From Raillietiella orientalis (lineage: Eukaryota): a stretch of 61,115 nt of DNA. The notes under the pieces are model-generated. The model saw only the letters and a list, made by a program, of their open reading frames with translations. It was not told where the DNA came from and made no database searches. Made by a program: the position numbers and the translations under genes. Location: the NCBI GenBank assembly GCA_036172245.1, contig JAYWIR010000152.1, positions 1 through 61,115 on the forward strand. Reading direction: 5' to 3'. This document shows, one piece after another, positions 23,001 to 37,749 of the stretch. Numbering within the stretch: the first letter of the stretch is position 1; each line of letters begins with the position of its first letter.

Positions 23001-26000
23001 TTGATTACAAAAGCTGAAAAGTGGCAAATTTCGACCAAATAATGAATAAGAGCGAAGGAGAAGATTGCCTTTCAAATTCCGACTTTCGTTAGCATGAAAA
23101 CAACACAGAATGGAAAGTGCCACGCCCTAATGAAATGTCGGACTCTTGTTAATGATCCCCTGAAACCAGGAAATTGGGAGGCTCTTCGGCTCTCCATGAC
23201 GGGAATTTTGCCACTCACTGCAAATGAATGCTTCGTGAAGAGGCGCAAAAGTGCAATGGTGAAATCTTTTGACTTCGAGTTGATTACAAAAGCTGAAAAG
23301 TGGCAAATTTAGGCCAAATAATGAATAAGAGCGAAGGAGAAGAATGCCTTTCAAATTCCGACTTTCGTTACCATGAAAACAAGACAGAATGCAAAGTGCG
23401 ACGCCCTAATGAAATGTCGGACTCTTCTTAATGATCCTCTGAAACCAGGAAATTGAGGCCCTTGGGCTCTCCATGACCGGAATTTGTCACTCACTGCAAA
23501 TGGATGCTTCGTGAAGAGGCGCAAAAGTGCAATGGTGAAATCTTTTGACTTCGAGTTGATTACAAAAGCTGAAAAGTGGCAAATTTAGGCCAAATAATGA
23601 ATAAGAGCGAAGGAGAAGAATGCCTTTCAAATTCCGACTTTCGTTACCATGAAAACAAGACAGAATGCAAAGTGCGACGCCCTAATGAAATGTCGGACTC
23701 TTCTTAATGATCCTCTGAAACCAGGAAATTGAGGCCCTTGGGCTCTCCATGACCGGAATTTGTCACTCACTGCAAATGGATGCTTCGTGAAGAGGCGCAA
23801 AAGTGCAATGGTGAAATCTTTTGACTTCGAGTTGATTACAAAAGCTGAAAAGTGGCAAATTTAGGCCAAATAATGAATAAGAGCGAAGGAGAAGAATGCC
23901 TTTCAAATTCCGACTTTCGTTACCATGAAAACAAGACAGAATGCAAAGTGCCACGCCCTAATAAATGTCGGACTCTTCTTAATGATCCTCTGAAACCAGG
24001 AAATTGGGAGGCTCTTCGGCTCTCCATGACGGGAATTTGCCACTCACTGCAAATCGATGCTACGTGAAGAGGCGCAAAAGTGCAATGGTGAAATCTTTTG
24101 ACTTCGAGTTGATTACAAAAGCTGAAAAGTGGCAAATTTAGGCCAAATAATGAATAAGAGCGAAGGAGAAGATTGCCTTTCAAATTCCGACATTGGTTAC
24201 CATGAAAACAAGACAGAATGCAAAGTGCCACGCCCTAATGAAATGTCGGACTCTTCTTGATGATCCTCTGAAACCAGGAAATTGGGAGGCTCTTCGGCTC
24301 TCCATGACGGGAATTTGCCACTCACTGCAAATGGATGCTTCGTGAAGAGGCGCAAATGTACAATGGTGAAATCTTCTGACTTGGAGTTCATTAGTAAACC
24401 TGAAAAGTGGCAAATTTGGACCAAATAATGAATCAGAGCGAAGAAGATTGCCTTTCAAATTCCGACATTGGTTACCATAAAAACAACACAGAATGCATAG
24501 TGCTACGCCCTAATGAAATGTCGGACTCTTCTTAATGATCCTCTGAATCCAGGAAATAGGGAGGCTCAGCGGCTCTCCATGACGGGAATGCCACTCACTC
24601 CAAATGGATGCTTCGTGAAGAGACGCAAAAGTGCAATGGTGAAATCTTCTGAATTCGAGTTCATTTCAAAACCTGAAAAGTGGCAAATTTGGACCAAATA
24701 ATGAATCAGAGCGAAGAAGATTGCCTTTCAAATTCCGACATTGGTTACCATAAAAACAACACAGAATGCAAAGTGCTACGCCCTAATGAAATGTCGGACT
24801 CTTATTAATGATCCTCTGAAACCAGGAAATTGGGAGGCTCTTCGGCTCTCCATGACAAGAATTTGCCACTCACTGCAAATCGATGCTACGTGAAGACGCG
24901 CAAAAGTGCAATGGTGAAATCTTCTGAATTCGAGTTCATTTCAAAACCTGAAAAGTCGCAAATTTCGACCAAATAATGAATAAGAGCGAAAAAGAAGATT
25001 GCCTTTCAAATTCCAACATTGGTTACCATGAAAACAACACAGAATGCAAAGTGCCACGCCCTAATGAAATGTCGGACTCCTCCTAATGATCCTCTGAAAC
25101 CAGGAAATTGGGAGGCTCTTCGGCTCTCCATGACAAGAATTTGCCACTCACTGCAAATCGATGCTACGTGAAGAGTCGCAAAAGTGCAATGGTGAAATCT
25201 TCTGAATTCGAGTTCATTTCAAAACCTGAAAAGTCGCAAATTTCGACCAAATAATGAATAAGAGCGAAAAAGAAGATTGCCTTTCAAATTCCAACATTGG
25301 TTACCATGAAAACAACACAGAATGCAAAGTGCCACGCCCTAATGAAATGTCGGACTCTTCCTAATGATCCTCTGAAACCAGGAAATTGGGAGGCTCTTCG
25401 GCTCTCCATGACAGGAATTTGCCACTCACTGCAAATCGATGCTACGTGAAGAGGCGCAAAAGTGCAATGGTGAAATCTTCTGAATTCGAGTTCATTTCAA
25501 AACCTGAAAAGTCGCAAATTTCGACCAAATAATGAATAAGAGCGAAAAAGAAGATTGCCTTTCAAATTCCAACATTGGTTACCATGAAAACAACACAGAA
25601 TGGAAAGTGCCACGCCCTAATGAAATGTCGGACTCTTCCTAATGATCCTCTGAAACCAGGAAATTGGGAGGCTCTTCGGCTCTCCATGACGGGAATTTGC
25701 CACTCACTGCAAATCGATGCTACGTGCAGAGGTGCAAAAGTGCAATGGTGAAATCTTTTGACTTCGAGTTGATTACAAAAGCTGAAAAGTGGCAAATTTC
25801 GACCAAATAATGAATAAGAGCGAAGGAGAAGATTGCCTTTCAAATTCCGACTTTCGTTAGCATGAAAACAACACAGAATGGAAAGTGCCACGCCCTAATG
25901 AAATGTCGGACTCTTGTTAATGATCCCCTGAAACCAGGAAATTGGGAGGCTCTTCGGCTCTCCATGACGGGAATTTTGCCACTCACTGCAAATGAATGCT

Positions 26001-28050
26001 TCGTGAAGAGGCGCAAAAGTGCAATGGTGAAATCTTTTGACTTCGAGTTGATTACAAAAGCTGAAAAGTGGCAAATTTAGGCCAAATAATGAATAAGAGC
26101 GAAGGAGAAGAATGCCTTTCAAATTCCGACTTTCGTTACCATGAAAACAAGACAGAATGCAAAGTGCGACGCCCTAATGAAATGTCGGACTCTTCTTAAT
26201 GATCCTCTGAAACCAGGAAATTGAGGCCCTTGGGCTCTCCATGACCGGAATTTGTCACTCACTGCAAATGGATGCTTCGTGAAGAGGCGCAAAAGTGCAA
26301 TGGTGAAATCTTTTGACTTCGAGTTGATTACAAAAGCTGAAAAGTGGCAAATTTAGGCCAAATAATGAATAAGAGCGAAGGAGAAGAATGCCTTTCAAAT
26401 TCCGACTTTCGTTACCATGAAAACAAGACAGAATGCAAAGTGCGACGCCCTAATGAAATGTCGGACTCTTCTTAATGATCCTCTGAAACCAGGAAATTGA
26501 GGCCCTTGGGCTCTCCATGACCGGAATTTGTCACTCACTGCAAATGGATGCTTCGTGAAGAGGCGCAAAAGTGCAATGGTGAAATCTTTTGACTTCGAGT
26601 TGATTACAAAAGCTGAAAAGTGGCAAATTTAGGCCAAATAATGAATAAGAGCGAAGGAGAAGAATGCCTTTCAAATTCCGACTTTCGTTACCATGAAAAC
26701 AAGACAGAATGCAAAGTGCGACGCCCTAATGAAATGTCGGACTCTTCTTAATGATCCTCTGAAACCAGGAAATTGAGGCCCTTGGGCTCTCCATGACCGG
26801 AATTTGTCACTCACTCCAACTGATGCTTCGTGAAGAGGCGCAAAAGTGCAATGGTGAAATCTTTTGACTTCGAGTTGATTACAAAAGCTGAAAAGTGGCA
26901 AATTTAGGCCAAATAATGAATAAGAGCGAAGGAGAAGAATGCCTTTCAAAATCCGACTTTCGTTACCATGAAAACAAGACAGAATGCAAAGTGCGACGCC
27001 CTAATGAAATGTCGGACTCTTCTTAATGATCCTCTGAAACCAGGAAATTGAGGCCCTTCGGCTCTCCATGACGGGAATTTGCCACTCACTGCAAATGGAT
27101 GCTTCGTGAAGAGGCGCAAATGTACAATGGTGAAATCTTCTGACTTGGAGTTCATTAGTAAACCTCAAAAGTGGCAAATTTGGACCAAATAATGAATCAG
27201 CGCGAAGAAGATTGCCTTTCAAATTCCGACATTGGTTACCATAAAAACAACACAGAATGCAAAGTGCTACGCCCTAATGAAATGTCGGACTCTTCTTAAT
27301 GATCCTCTGAATCCAGGAAATAGGGAGGCTCAGCGGCTCTCCATGACGGGAATGTGCCACTCACTCCAAATGGATGCTTCGTGAAGAGATGCAAAAGTGC
27401 AATGGTGAAATCTTCTGAATTCGAGTTCATTTCAAAACCTGAAAAGTGGCAAATTTGGACCAAATAATGAATCAGAGCGAAGAAGATTGCCTTTCAAATT
27501 CCGACATTGGTTACCATAAAAACAACACAGAATGCAAAGTGCTACGCCCTAATGAAATGTCGGACTCTTATTAATGATCCTCTGAAACCAGGAAATTGGG
27601 AGGCTCTTCGGCTCTCCATGACAAGAATTTGCCACTCACTGCAAATCGATGCTACGTGAAGAGGCGCAAAAGTGCAATGGTGAAATCTTCTGAATTCGAG
27701 TTCATTTCAAAACCTGAAAAGTGGCAAATTTCGACCAAATAATGAATAAGAGCGAAGGAGAAGATTGCCTTTCAAATTCCGACTTTCGTTAGCATGAAAA
27801 CAACACAGAATGGAAAGTGCCACGCCCTAATGAAATGTCGGACTCTTGTTAATGATCCCCTGAAACCAGGAAATTGGGAGGCTCTTCGGCTCTCCATGAC
27901 GGGAATTTTGCCACTCACTGCAAATGAATGCTTCGTGAAGAGGCGCAAAAGTGCAATGGTGAAATCTTTTGACTTCGAGTTGATTACAAAAGCTGAAAAG
28001 TGGCAAATTTAGGCCAAATAATGAATAAGAGCGAAGGAGAAGAATGCCTT
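20034..28050. repeat. Imperfect ~2765 bp (10-monomer) higher-order repeat region
   Basis: Same monomer succession at 20034/22794/25562; private variants TTAGTAAACC 24391/27156 and CTTATTAATG 24801/27567. Confidence 0.75.
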
Positions 28051-31000
28051 TCAAATTCCGACTTTCGTTACCATGAAAACAAGACAGAATGCAAAGTGCG
28101 ACGCCCTAATGAAATGTCGGACTCTTCTTAATGATCCTCTGAAACCAGGAAATTGAGGCCCTTGGGCTCTCCATGACCGGAATTTGTCACTCACTGCAAA
28201 TGGATGCTTCGTGAAGAGGCGCAAAAGTGCAATGGTGAAATCTTTTGACTTCGAGTTGATTACAAAAGCTGAAAAGTGGCAAATTTGGGCCAAATAATGA
28301 ATAAGAGCGAAGGAGAAGATTGCCTTTCAAATTCCGACATTGGTTACCATGAAAACAACACAGAATGGAAAGTGCCACGCCCTAATGAAATGTCGGACTC
28401 TTGTTAATGATCCCCTGAAACCAGGAAATTGGGAGGCTCTTCGGCTCTCCATGACGGGAATTTTGCCACTCACTGCAAATGAATGCTTCGTGAAGAGGCG
28501 CAAAAGTGCAATGGTGAAATCTTTTGACTTCGAGTTGATTACAAAAGCTGAAAAGTGGCAAATTTCGACCAAATAATGAATAAGAGCGAAGGAGAAGATT
28601 GCCTTTCAAATTCCGACATTGGTTACCATGAAAACAACACAGAATGCAAAGTGCTACGCCCTAATGAAATGTCGGACTCTTCTTAATGATCCTCTGAAAC
28701 CAGGAAATTGGGAGGCTCTTCGGCTCTCCATGACAAGAATTTGCCACTCACTGCAAATCGATGCTACGTGAAGAGGCGCAAAAGTGCAATGGTGAAATCT
28801 TCTGAATTCGAGTTCATTTCAAAACCTGAAAAGTCGCAAATTTCGACCAAATAATGAATAAGAGCGAAAAAGAAGATTGCCTTTCAAATTCCAACATTGG
28901 TTACCATGAAAACAACACAGAATGCAAAGTGCCACGCCCTAATGAAATGTCGGACTCCTCCTAATGATCCTCTGAAACCAGGAAATTGGGAGGCTCTTCG
29001 GCTCTCCATGACAAGAATTTGCCACTCACTGCAAATCGATGCTACGTGAAGAGTCGCAAAAGTGCAATGGTGAAATCTTCTGAATTCGAGTTCATTTCAA
29101 AACCTGAAAAGTCGCAAATTTCGACCAAATAATGAATAAGAGCGAAAAAGAAGATTGCCTTTCAAATTCCAACATTGGTTACCATGAAAACAACACAGAA
29201 TGCAAAGTGCCACGCCCTAATGAAATGTCGGACTCTTCCTAATGATCCTCTGAAACCAGGAAATTGGGAGGCTCTTCGGCTCTCCATGACAAGAATTTGC
29301 CACTCACTGCAAATCGATGCTACGTGAAGAGGCGCAAAAGTGCAATGGTGAAATCTTCTGAATTCGAGTTCATTTCAAAACCTGAAAAGTCGCAAATTTC
29401 GACCAAATAATGAATAAGAGCGAAAAAGAAGATTGCCTTTCAAATTCCAACATTGGTTACCATGAAAACAACACAGAATGGAAAGTGCCACGCCCTAATG
29501 AAATGTCGGACTCTTCCTAATGATCCTCTGAAACCAGGAAATTGGGAGGCTCTTCGGCTCTCCATGACAAGAATTTGCCACTCACTGCAAATCGATGCTA
29601 CGTGAAGAGGCGCAAAAGTGCAATGGTGAAATCTTCTGAATTCGAGTTCATTTCAAAACCTGAAAAGTCGCAAATTTCGACCAAATAATGAATAAGAGCG
29701 AAAAAGAAGATTGCCTTTCAAATTCCAACATTGGTTACCATCAAAACAACACAGAATGGAAAGTGCCACGCCCTAATGAAATGTCGGACTCCTCCTAATG
29801 ATCCTCTGAAACCAGGAAATTGGGAGGCTCTTCGGCTCTCCATGACAAGAATTTGCCACTCAGTGCAAATCGATGCTACGTGAAGAGTCGCAAAAGTGCA
29901 ATGGTGAAATCTTCTGAATTCGAGTTCATTTCAAAACCTGAAAAGTCGCAAATTTCGACCAAATAATGAATAAGAGCGAAAAAGAAGATTGCCTTTCAAA
30001 TTCCGACATTGGTTACCATAAAAACAACACAGAATGCAAAGTGCTACGCCCTAATGAAATGTCGGACTCTTCTTAATGATCCTCTGAATCCAGGAAATAG
30101 GGAGGCTCAGCGGCTCTCCATGACGGGAATGTGCCACTCACTCCAAATGGATGCTTCGTGAAGAGACGCAAAAGTGCAATGGTGAAATCTTCTGAATTCG
30201 AGTTCATTTCAAAACCTGAATAGTCGCAAATTTCGACCAAATAATGAATAAGAGCCAAAAAGAAGATTGCCTTTCAAATTCCAACATTGGTTACCATAAA
30301 AACAACACAGAATGGAAAGTGCCACGCCCTAATGAAATGTCGGACTTTTCCTAATGATCCTCTGAAACCAGGAAATTGGGAGGCTCTTCGGCTCTCCATG
30401 ACGGGAATTTGCCACTCACTGCAAATCGATGCTGCGTGCAGAGGTGCAAAAGTGCAATGGTGAAATCTTTTGACTTCGAGTTGATTACAAAAGCTGAAAA
30501 GTGGCAAATTTCGACCAAATAATGAATAAGAGCGAAGAAGAAGATTGCCTTTCAAATTCCGACTTTCGTTAGCATGAAAACAACACAGAATGGAAAGTGC
30601 CACGCCCTAATGAAATGTCGGACTCTTGTTAATGATCCCCTGAAACCAGGAAATTGGGAGGCTCTTCGGCTCTCCATGACGGGAATTTTGCCACTCACTG
30701 CAAATGAATGCTTCGTGAAGAGGCGCAAAAGTGCAATGGTGAAATCTTTTGACTTCGAGTTGATTACAAAAGCTGAAAAGTGGCAAATTTAGGCCAAATA
30801 ATGAATAAGAGCGAAGGAGAAGAATGCCTTTCAAATTCCGACTTTCGTTACCATGAAAACAAGACAGAATGCAAAGTGCGACGCCCTAATGAAATGTCGG
30901 ACTCTTCTTAATGATCCTCTGAAACCAGGAAATTGAGGCCCTTGGGCTCTCCATGACCGGAATTTGTCACTCACTGCAAATGGATGCTTCGTGAAGAGGC

Positions 31001-34000
31001 GCAAAAGTGCAATGGTGAAATCTTTTGACTTCGAGTTGATTACAAAAGCTGAAAAGTGTCAAATTGGGGCCAAATAATGAATCAGAGCGAAGGAGAAGAT
31101 TGCCTTTCACATTCCAACATTGGTTACCATGAAAACAACACAGAATGCAAAGTGCCACGCCCTAATGAAATGTCGGACTCTTCCTAATGATCCTCTGAAA
31201 CCAAGAAATTGGGAGGCTCTTCGGCTCTCCATGACAACAATTTGCCACTCACTGCAAATCGATGCTACGTGAAGAGGTGCAAAAGTGCAATGGTGAACTC
31301 TTCTGAATTCGAGTTCATTTAAAAACCTTAAAAGTGGCAAATTTTGACCAAATAATGAATAAGAGCGAAGGAGAAGATTGCCTTTCAAATTCCGACATTG
31401 GTTACCATGAAAACAACACAGAATGCAAAGTGCCACGCCCTAATGAAATGTCGAACTCTTCTTAATGATGCTCTGAATCCAGGAAATAGGGAGGCTCAAC
31501 GGCTCTCCATGACGGGAATGTGCCACTCACTCCAAATGGATGCTTCGTGAAGAGACGCAAAAGTGCAATGGTGAAATCTTCTGAATTCGAGTTCATTTCA
31601 AAACCTGAAAAGTGGCAAATTTGGACCAAATAATGAATCAGAGCGAAGAAGATTGCCTTTCAAATTCCGACATTGGTTACCATAAAAACAACACAGAATG
31701 CAAAGTGCTACGCCCTAATGAAATGTCGGACTCTTCTTAATGATCCTCTGAAACCAGGAAATTGGGAGGCTCTTCGGCTCTCCATGACAAGAATTTGCCA
31801 CTCACTGCAAATCGATGCTACGTGAAGACGCGCAAAAGTGCAATGGTGAAATCTTCTGAATTCGAGTTCATTTCAAAACCTGAAAAGTCGCAAATTTCGA
31901 CCAAATAATGAATAAGAGCGAAAAAGAAGATTGCCTTTCAAATTCCAACATTGGTTACCATGAAAACAACACAGAATGCAAAGTGCCACGCCCTAATTAA
32001 ATGTCGGACTCCTCCTAATGATCCTCTGAAACCAGGAAATTGGGAGGCTCTTCGGCTCTCCATGACAAGAATTTGCCACTCACTGCAAATCGATGCTACG
32101 TGAAGAGTCGCAAAAGTGCAATGGTGAAATCTTCTGAATTCGAGTTCATTTCAAAACCTGAAAAGTCGCAAATTTCGACCAAATAATGAATAAGAGCGAA
32201 AAAGAAGATTGCCTTTCAAATTCCAACATTGGTTACCATGAAAACAACACAGAATGGAAAGTGCCACGCCCTAATGAAATGTCGGACTCTTCCTAATGAT
32301 CCTCTGAAACCAGGAAATTGAGGCCCTTCGGCTCTCCATGACGGGAATTTGCCACTCACTGCAAATGGATGCTTCGTGAAGAGGCGCAAATGTACAATGG
32401 TGAAATCTTCTGACTTGGAGTTCATTACTAAACCTGAAAAGTGGCAAATTTGGACCAAATAATGAATCAGAGCGAAGAAGATTGCCTTTCAAATTCCGAC
32501 ATTGGTTACCATAAAAACAACACAGAATGCAAAGTGCTACGCCCTAATGAAATGTCGGACTCTTCTTAATGATCCTCTGAATCCAGGAAATAGGGAGGCT
32601 CAGCGGCTCTCCATGACGGGAATGTGCCACTCACTCCAAATGGATGCTTCGTGAAGAGACGCAAAAGTGCAATGGTGAAATCTTCTGAATTCGAGTTCAT
32701 TTCAAAACCTGAAAAGTGGCAAATTTGGACCAAATAATGAATCAGAGCGAAGAAGATTGCCTTTCAAATTCCGACATTGGTTACCATAAAAACAACACAG
32801 AATGCAAAGTGCTACGCCCTAATGAAATGTCGGACTCTTCTTAATGATCCTCTGAAACCAGGAAATTGGGAGGCTCTTCGGCTCTCCATGACAAGAATTT
32901 GCCACTCACTGCAAATCGATGCTACGTGAAGAGGCGCAAAAGTGCAATGGTGAAATCTTCTGAATTCGAGTTCATTTCAAAACCTGAAAAGTCGCAAATT
33001 TCGACCAAATAATGAATAAGAGCGAAAAAGAAGATTGCCTTTCAAATTCCAACATTGGTTACCATGAAAACAACACAGAATGGAAAGTGCCACGCCCTAA
33101 TGAAATGTCGGACTCTTCCTAATGATCCTCTGAAACCAGGAAATTGGGAGGCTCTTCGGCTCTCCATGACGGGAATTTGCCACTCACTGCAAATCGATGC
33201 TACGTGCAGAGGTGCAAAAGTGCAATGGTGAAATCTTTTGACTTCGAGTTGATTACAAAAGCTGAAAAGTGGCAAATTTCGACCAAATAATGAATTAGAG
33301 CGAAAAAGAAGATTGCCTTTCAAATTCCGACATTGGTTACCATGAAAACAACACAGAATGGAAAGTGCCACGCCCTAATGAAATGTCGGACTCTTCTAAT
33401 GATCCTCTGAAACCAGGAAATTGGGAGGCTCTTCGGCTCTCCATGACGGGAATTTGCCACTCACTGCAAATCGATGCTACGTGAAGAGGTGCAAAAGTGC
33501 AATGGTGAAATCTTTTGACTTCGAGTTGATTACAAAAGCTGAAAAGTGGCAAATTTGGACCAAATAATGAATAAGAGCGAAGGAGAAGATTGCCTTTCAA
33601 ATTCCGACATTGGTTACCATGAAAACAACACAGAATGCAAAGTGCCACGCCCTAATGAAATGTCGGACTCTTCTTAATGATCCTCTGAAACCAGGAAATT
33701 GAGGCCCTTCGGCTCTCCATGACGGGAATTTGCCACTCACTGCAAATGGATGCTTCGTGAAGAGGCGCAAATGTACAATGGTGAAATCTTCTGACTTGGA
33801 GTTCATTACTAAACCTGAAAAGTGGCAAATTTGGACCAAATAATGAATCAGAGCGAAGGAGAAGATTGCCTTTCAAATTCCGACATTGGTTACCATGAAA
33901 ACAACACAGAATGCAAAGTGCCACGCCCTAATGAAATGTCGGACTCTTCTTAATGATCCTCTGAATCCAGGAAATAGGGAGGCTCAGCGGCTCTCCATGA

Positions 34001-37000
34001 CGGGAATGTGCCACTCACTCCAAATGGATGCTTCGTGAAGAGACGCAAAAGTGCAATGGTGAAATCTTCTGAATTCGAGTTCATTTCAAAACCTGAAAAG
34101 TGGCAAATTTGGACCAAATAATGAATCAGAGCGAAGAAGATTGCCTTTCAAATTCCGACATTGGTTACCATAAAAACAACACAGAATGCAAAGTGCTACG
34201 CCCTAATGAAATGTCGGACTCTTCTTAATGATCCTCTGAAACCAGGAAATTGGGAGGCTCTTCGGCTCTCCATGACAAGAATTTGCCACTCACTGCAAAT
34301 CGATGCTACGTGAAGAGGCGCAAAAGTGCAATGGTGAAATCTTCTGAATTCGAGTTCATTTCAAAACCTGAAAAGTCGCAAATTTCGACCAAATAATGAA
34401 TAAGAGCGAAAAAGAAGATTGCCTTTCAAATTCCAACATTGGTTACCATGAAAACAACACAGAATGCAAAGTGCCACGCCCTAATGAAATGTCGGACTCT
34501 TCTTGATGATCCTCTGAAACCAGGAAATTGGGAGGCTCTTCGGCTCTCCATGACGGGAATTTGCCACTCACTGCAAATGGATGCTTCGTGAAGAGGCGCA
34601 AAAGTGCAATGGAGAAACCTTCTGACTTCGAGATCATTACAAAAGCTGAAAAGTGGCAAATTAGGACCAAATAATGAATAAGAGCGAAGGAGAAGATTGC
34701 CTTTCAAATTCCGACATTGGTTACCATGAAAACAACACAGAATGGAAAGTGCCACGCCCTAATGAAATGTCGGACTCTTCTTGATGATCCTCTGAAACCA
34801 GGAAATTGGGAGGCTCTTCGGCTCTCCATGACGGGAATTTGCCACTCACTGCAAATGGATGCTTCGTGAAGAGGCGCAAAAGTGCAATGGTGAAATCTTT
34901 TGACTTCGAGTTGATTACAAAAGCTGAAAAGTGGCAAATTTGGGCCAAATAATGAATCAGAGCGAAGGAGAAGATTGCCTTTCAAGTTCCGACATGGGTT
35001 ACCATGAAAACAACACAGAATGCAAAGTGCGACGCCCGAATGAAATGTCGGACTCTTCTTAATGATCCTCTGAAACCAGGAAATTGAGGCCCTTGGGCTA
35101 TCCATGACCGGAATTTGTCACTCACTGCAAATGGATGCTTCGTGAAGAGGCGCAAAAGTGCAATGGTGAAATCTTTTGACTTCGAAATGATTACAAAAGC
35201 TGAAAAGTGGCAAATTTAGGCCAAATAATGAATAAGAGCGAAGGAGAAGAATGCCTTTCAAATTCCGACTTTCGTTACCATGAAAACAAGATAGAATGCA
35301 AAGTGCGACGCCCTAATGAAATGTCGGACTCTTCTTAATGATCCTCTGAAACCAGGAAATTGAGGCCCTTGGGCTCTCCATGACCGGAATTTGTCACTCA
35401 CTGCAAATGGATGCTTCGTGAAGAGGCGCAAAAGTGCAATGGTGAAATCTTTTGACTTCGAGTTGATTACAAAAGCTGAAAAGTGGCAAATTTGGGCCAA
35501 ATAATGAATCAGAGCGAAGGAGAAGATTGCCTTTCAAGTTCCGACATTGGTTACCATAAAAACAACACAGAGTGCAAAGTGCTACGCCCTAATGAAATGT
35601 CGGACTCTTGTTAATGATCCTCTGAAACCAGGAAATTGGGAGGATCTTCGGCTCTCCATGACAAGAATTTGCCACTCACTGCAAATCGATGCTCCGTGAA
35701 GAGGCGCAAAAGTGCAATGGTGAAATCTTCTGAATTCGATTTCATTTCAAAACCTGAAAAGTGGCAAATTTTGACCAAATAATGAATAAGAGCGAAGGAG
35801 AAGATTGCCTTTCACATTCCAACATTGGTTACCATGAAAACAACACAGAATGCAAAGTGCCACGCCCTAATGAAATGTCGGACTCTTCCTAATGATCCTC
35901 TGAAACCAAGAAATTGGGAGGCTCTTCGGCTCTCCATGACAAGAATTTGCCACTCACTGCAAATGGATGCTACGTGAAGAGGTGCAAAAGTGCAATGGTG
36001 AACTCTTCTGACTTCGAGTTGATTATAAAAGCTGAAAAGTGGCAAATTTCCACCAAATAATGAACAAGAGCGAAGGAGAAGATTGCCTTTCAAATTCCGA
36101 CATTGGTTACCATGAAAACAACACAGAATGCATAGTGCCACGCCCTAATGAAATGTCGGACTCTTCTTAATGATCCTCTGAATCCAGGAAATAGGGAGGC
36201 TCAGCGGCTCTCCATGACGGGAATGTGCCACTCACTCCAAATGGATGCTTCGTGAAGAGACGCAAAAGTGCAATGGTGAAATCTTCTGAATGCGAGTTCA
36301 TTTCAAAACCTGAAAAGTGGAAAATTTGGACCAAATAATGAATCAGAGCGAAGAAGATTGCCTTTCAAATTCCGACATTGGTTACCATAAAAACAACACA
36401 GAATGCAAAGTGCTACGCCCTAATGAAATGTCGGACTCTTCTTAATGATCCTCTGAAACCAGGAAATTGGGAGGCTCTTCGGCTCTCCATGACAAGAATT
36501 TGCCACTCACTGCAAATCGATGCTACGTGAAGACGCGCAAAAGTGCAATGGTGAAATCTTCTGAATTCGAGTTCATTTCAAAACCTGAAAAGTCGCAAAT
36601 TTCGACCAAATAATGAATAAGAGCGTAAAAGAAGATTGCCTTTCAAATTCCAACATTGGTTACCATGAAAACAACACAGAATGCAAAGTGCCACGCCCTA
36701 ATGAAATGTCGGACTCCTCCTAATGATCCTCTGAAACCAGGAAATTGGGAGGCTCTTCGGCTCTCCATGACAAGAATTTGCCACTCACTGCAAATCGATG
36801 CTACGTGAAGAGTCGCAAAAGTGCAATGGTGAAATCTTCTGAATTCGAGTTCATTTCAAAACCTGAAAAGTCGCAAATTTCGACCAAATAATGAATAAGA
36901 GCGAAAAAGAAGATTGCCTTTCAAATTCCAACATTGGTTACCATGAAAACAACACAGAATGCAAAGTGCCACGCCCTAATGAAATGTCGGACTCTTCCTA

Positions 37001-37749
37001 ATGATCCTCTGAAACCAGGAAATTTTGAGGCTCTTCGGCTCTCCATGACGGGAATTTGCCACTCACTGCAAATCGATGCTACGTGAAGAGGTGCAAAAGT
37101 GCAATGGTGAAATCTTCTGACTTCGAGTTGATTACAAAAGCTGAAAAGTGGCAAATTTCCACCAAATAATGAATAAGAGTGAACGAGAAGATTGCCTTTC
37201 AAGTTCCGACTTTCGTTACCATGAAAACAACACAGAATGCAAAGTGCCACGCCCTAATGAAATGTCGGACTCTTGTTAATCATCCCCTGAAACCAGGAAA
37301 TTGGGAGGCTCTTCGGCTCTCCATGAAGGGAATTTTGCCACTCACTGCAAATGAATGCTTCGTGAAGAGGCGCAAAAGTGCAATGGTGAAATCTTTTGAC
37401 TTCGAGTTGATTACAAAACCTGAAAAGTGGCAAATTTAGGCCAAATAATGAATAAGAGCGAAGGAGAAGAATGCATTTCAAATTCCGACTTTCGTTACCA
37501 TGAAAACAAGACAGAATGCAAAGTGCCATGCCCTAATAAATGTCGGACTCTTCATAATGATCCCCTGAAACCAGGAAATTGGGAGGCTCTTCGGCTCTCC
37601 ATGACTGGAATTTGCCACTCACTGCAAATCGATGCTACGTGAAGAGGTGCAAAAGTGCAATGGTGAAATCTTCTGACTTCGAGTTGATTACAAAAGCTGA
37701 AAAGTGGCAAATTTCCACCAAATAATGAATAAGAGTGAAGGAGAAGATT

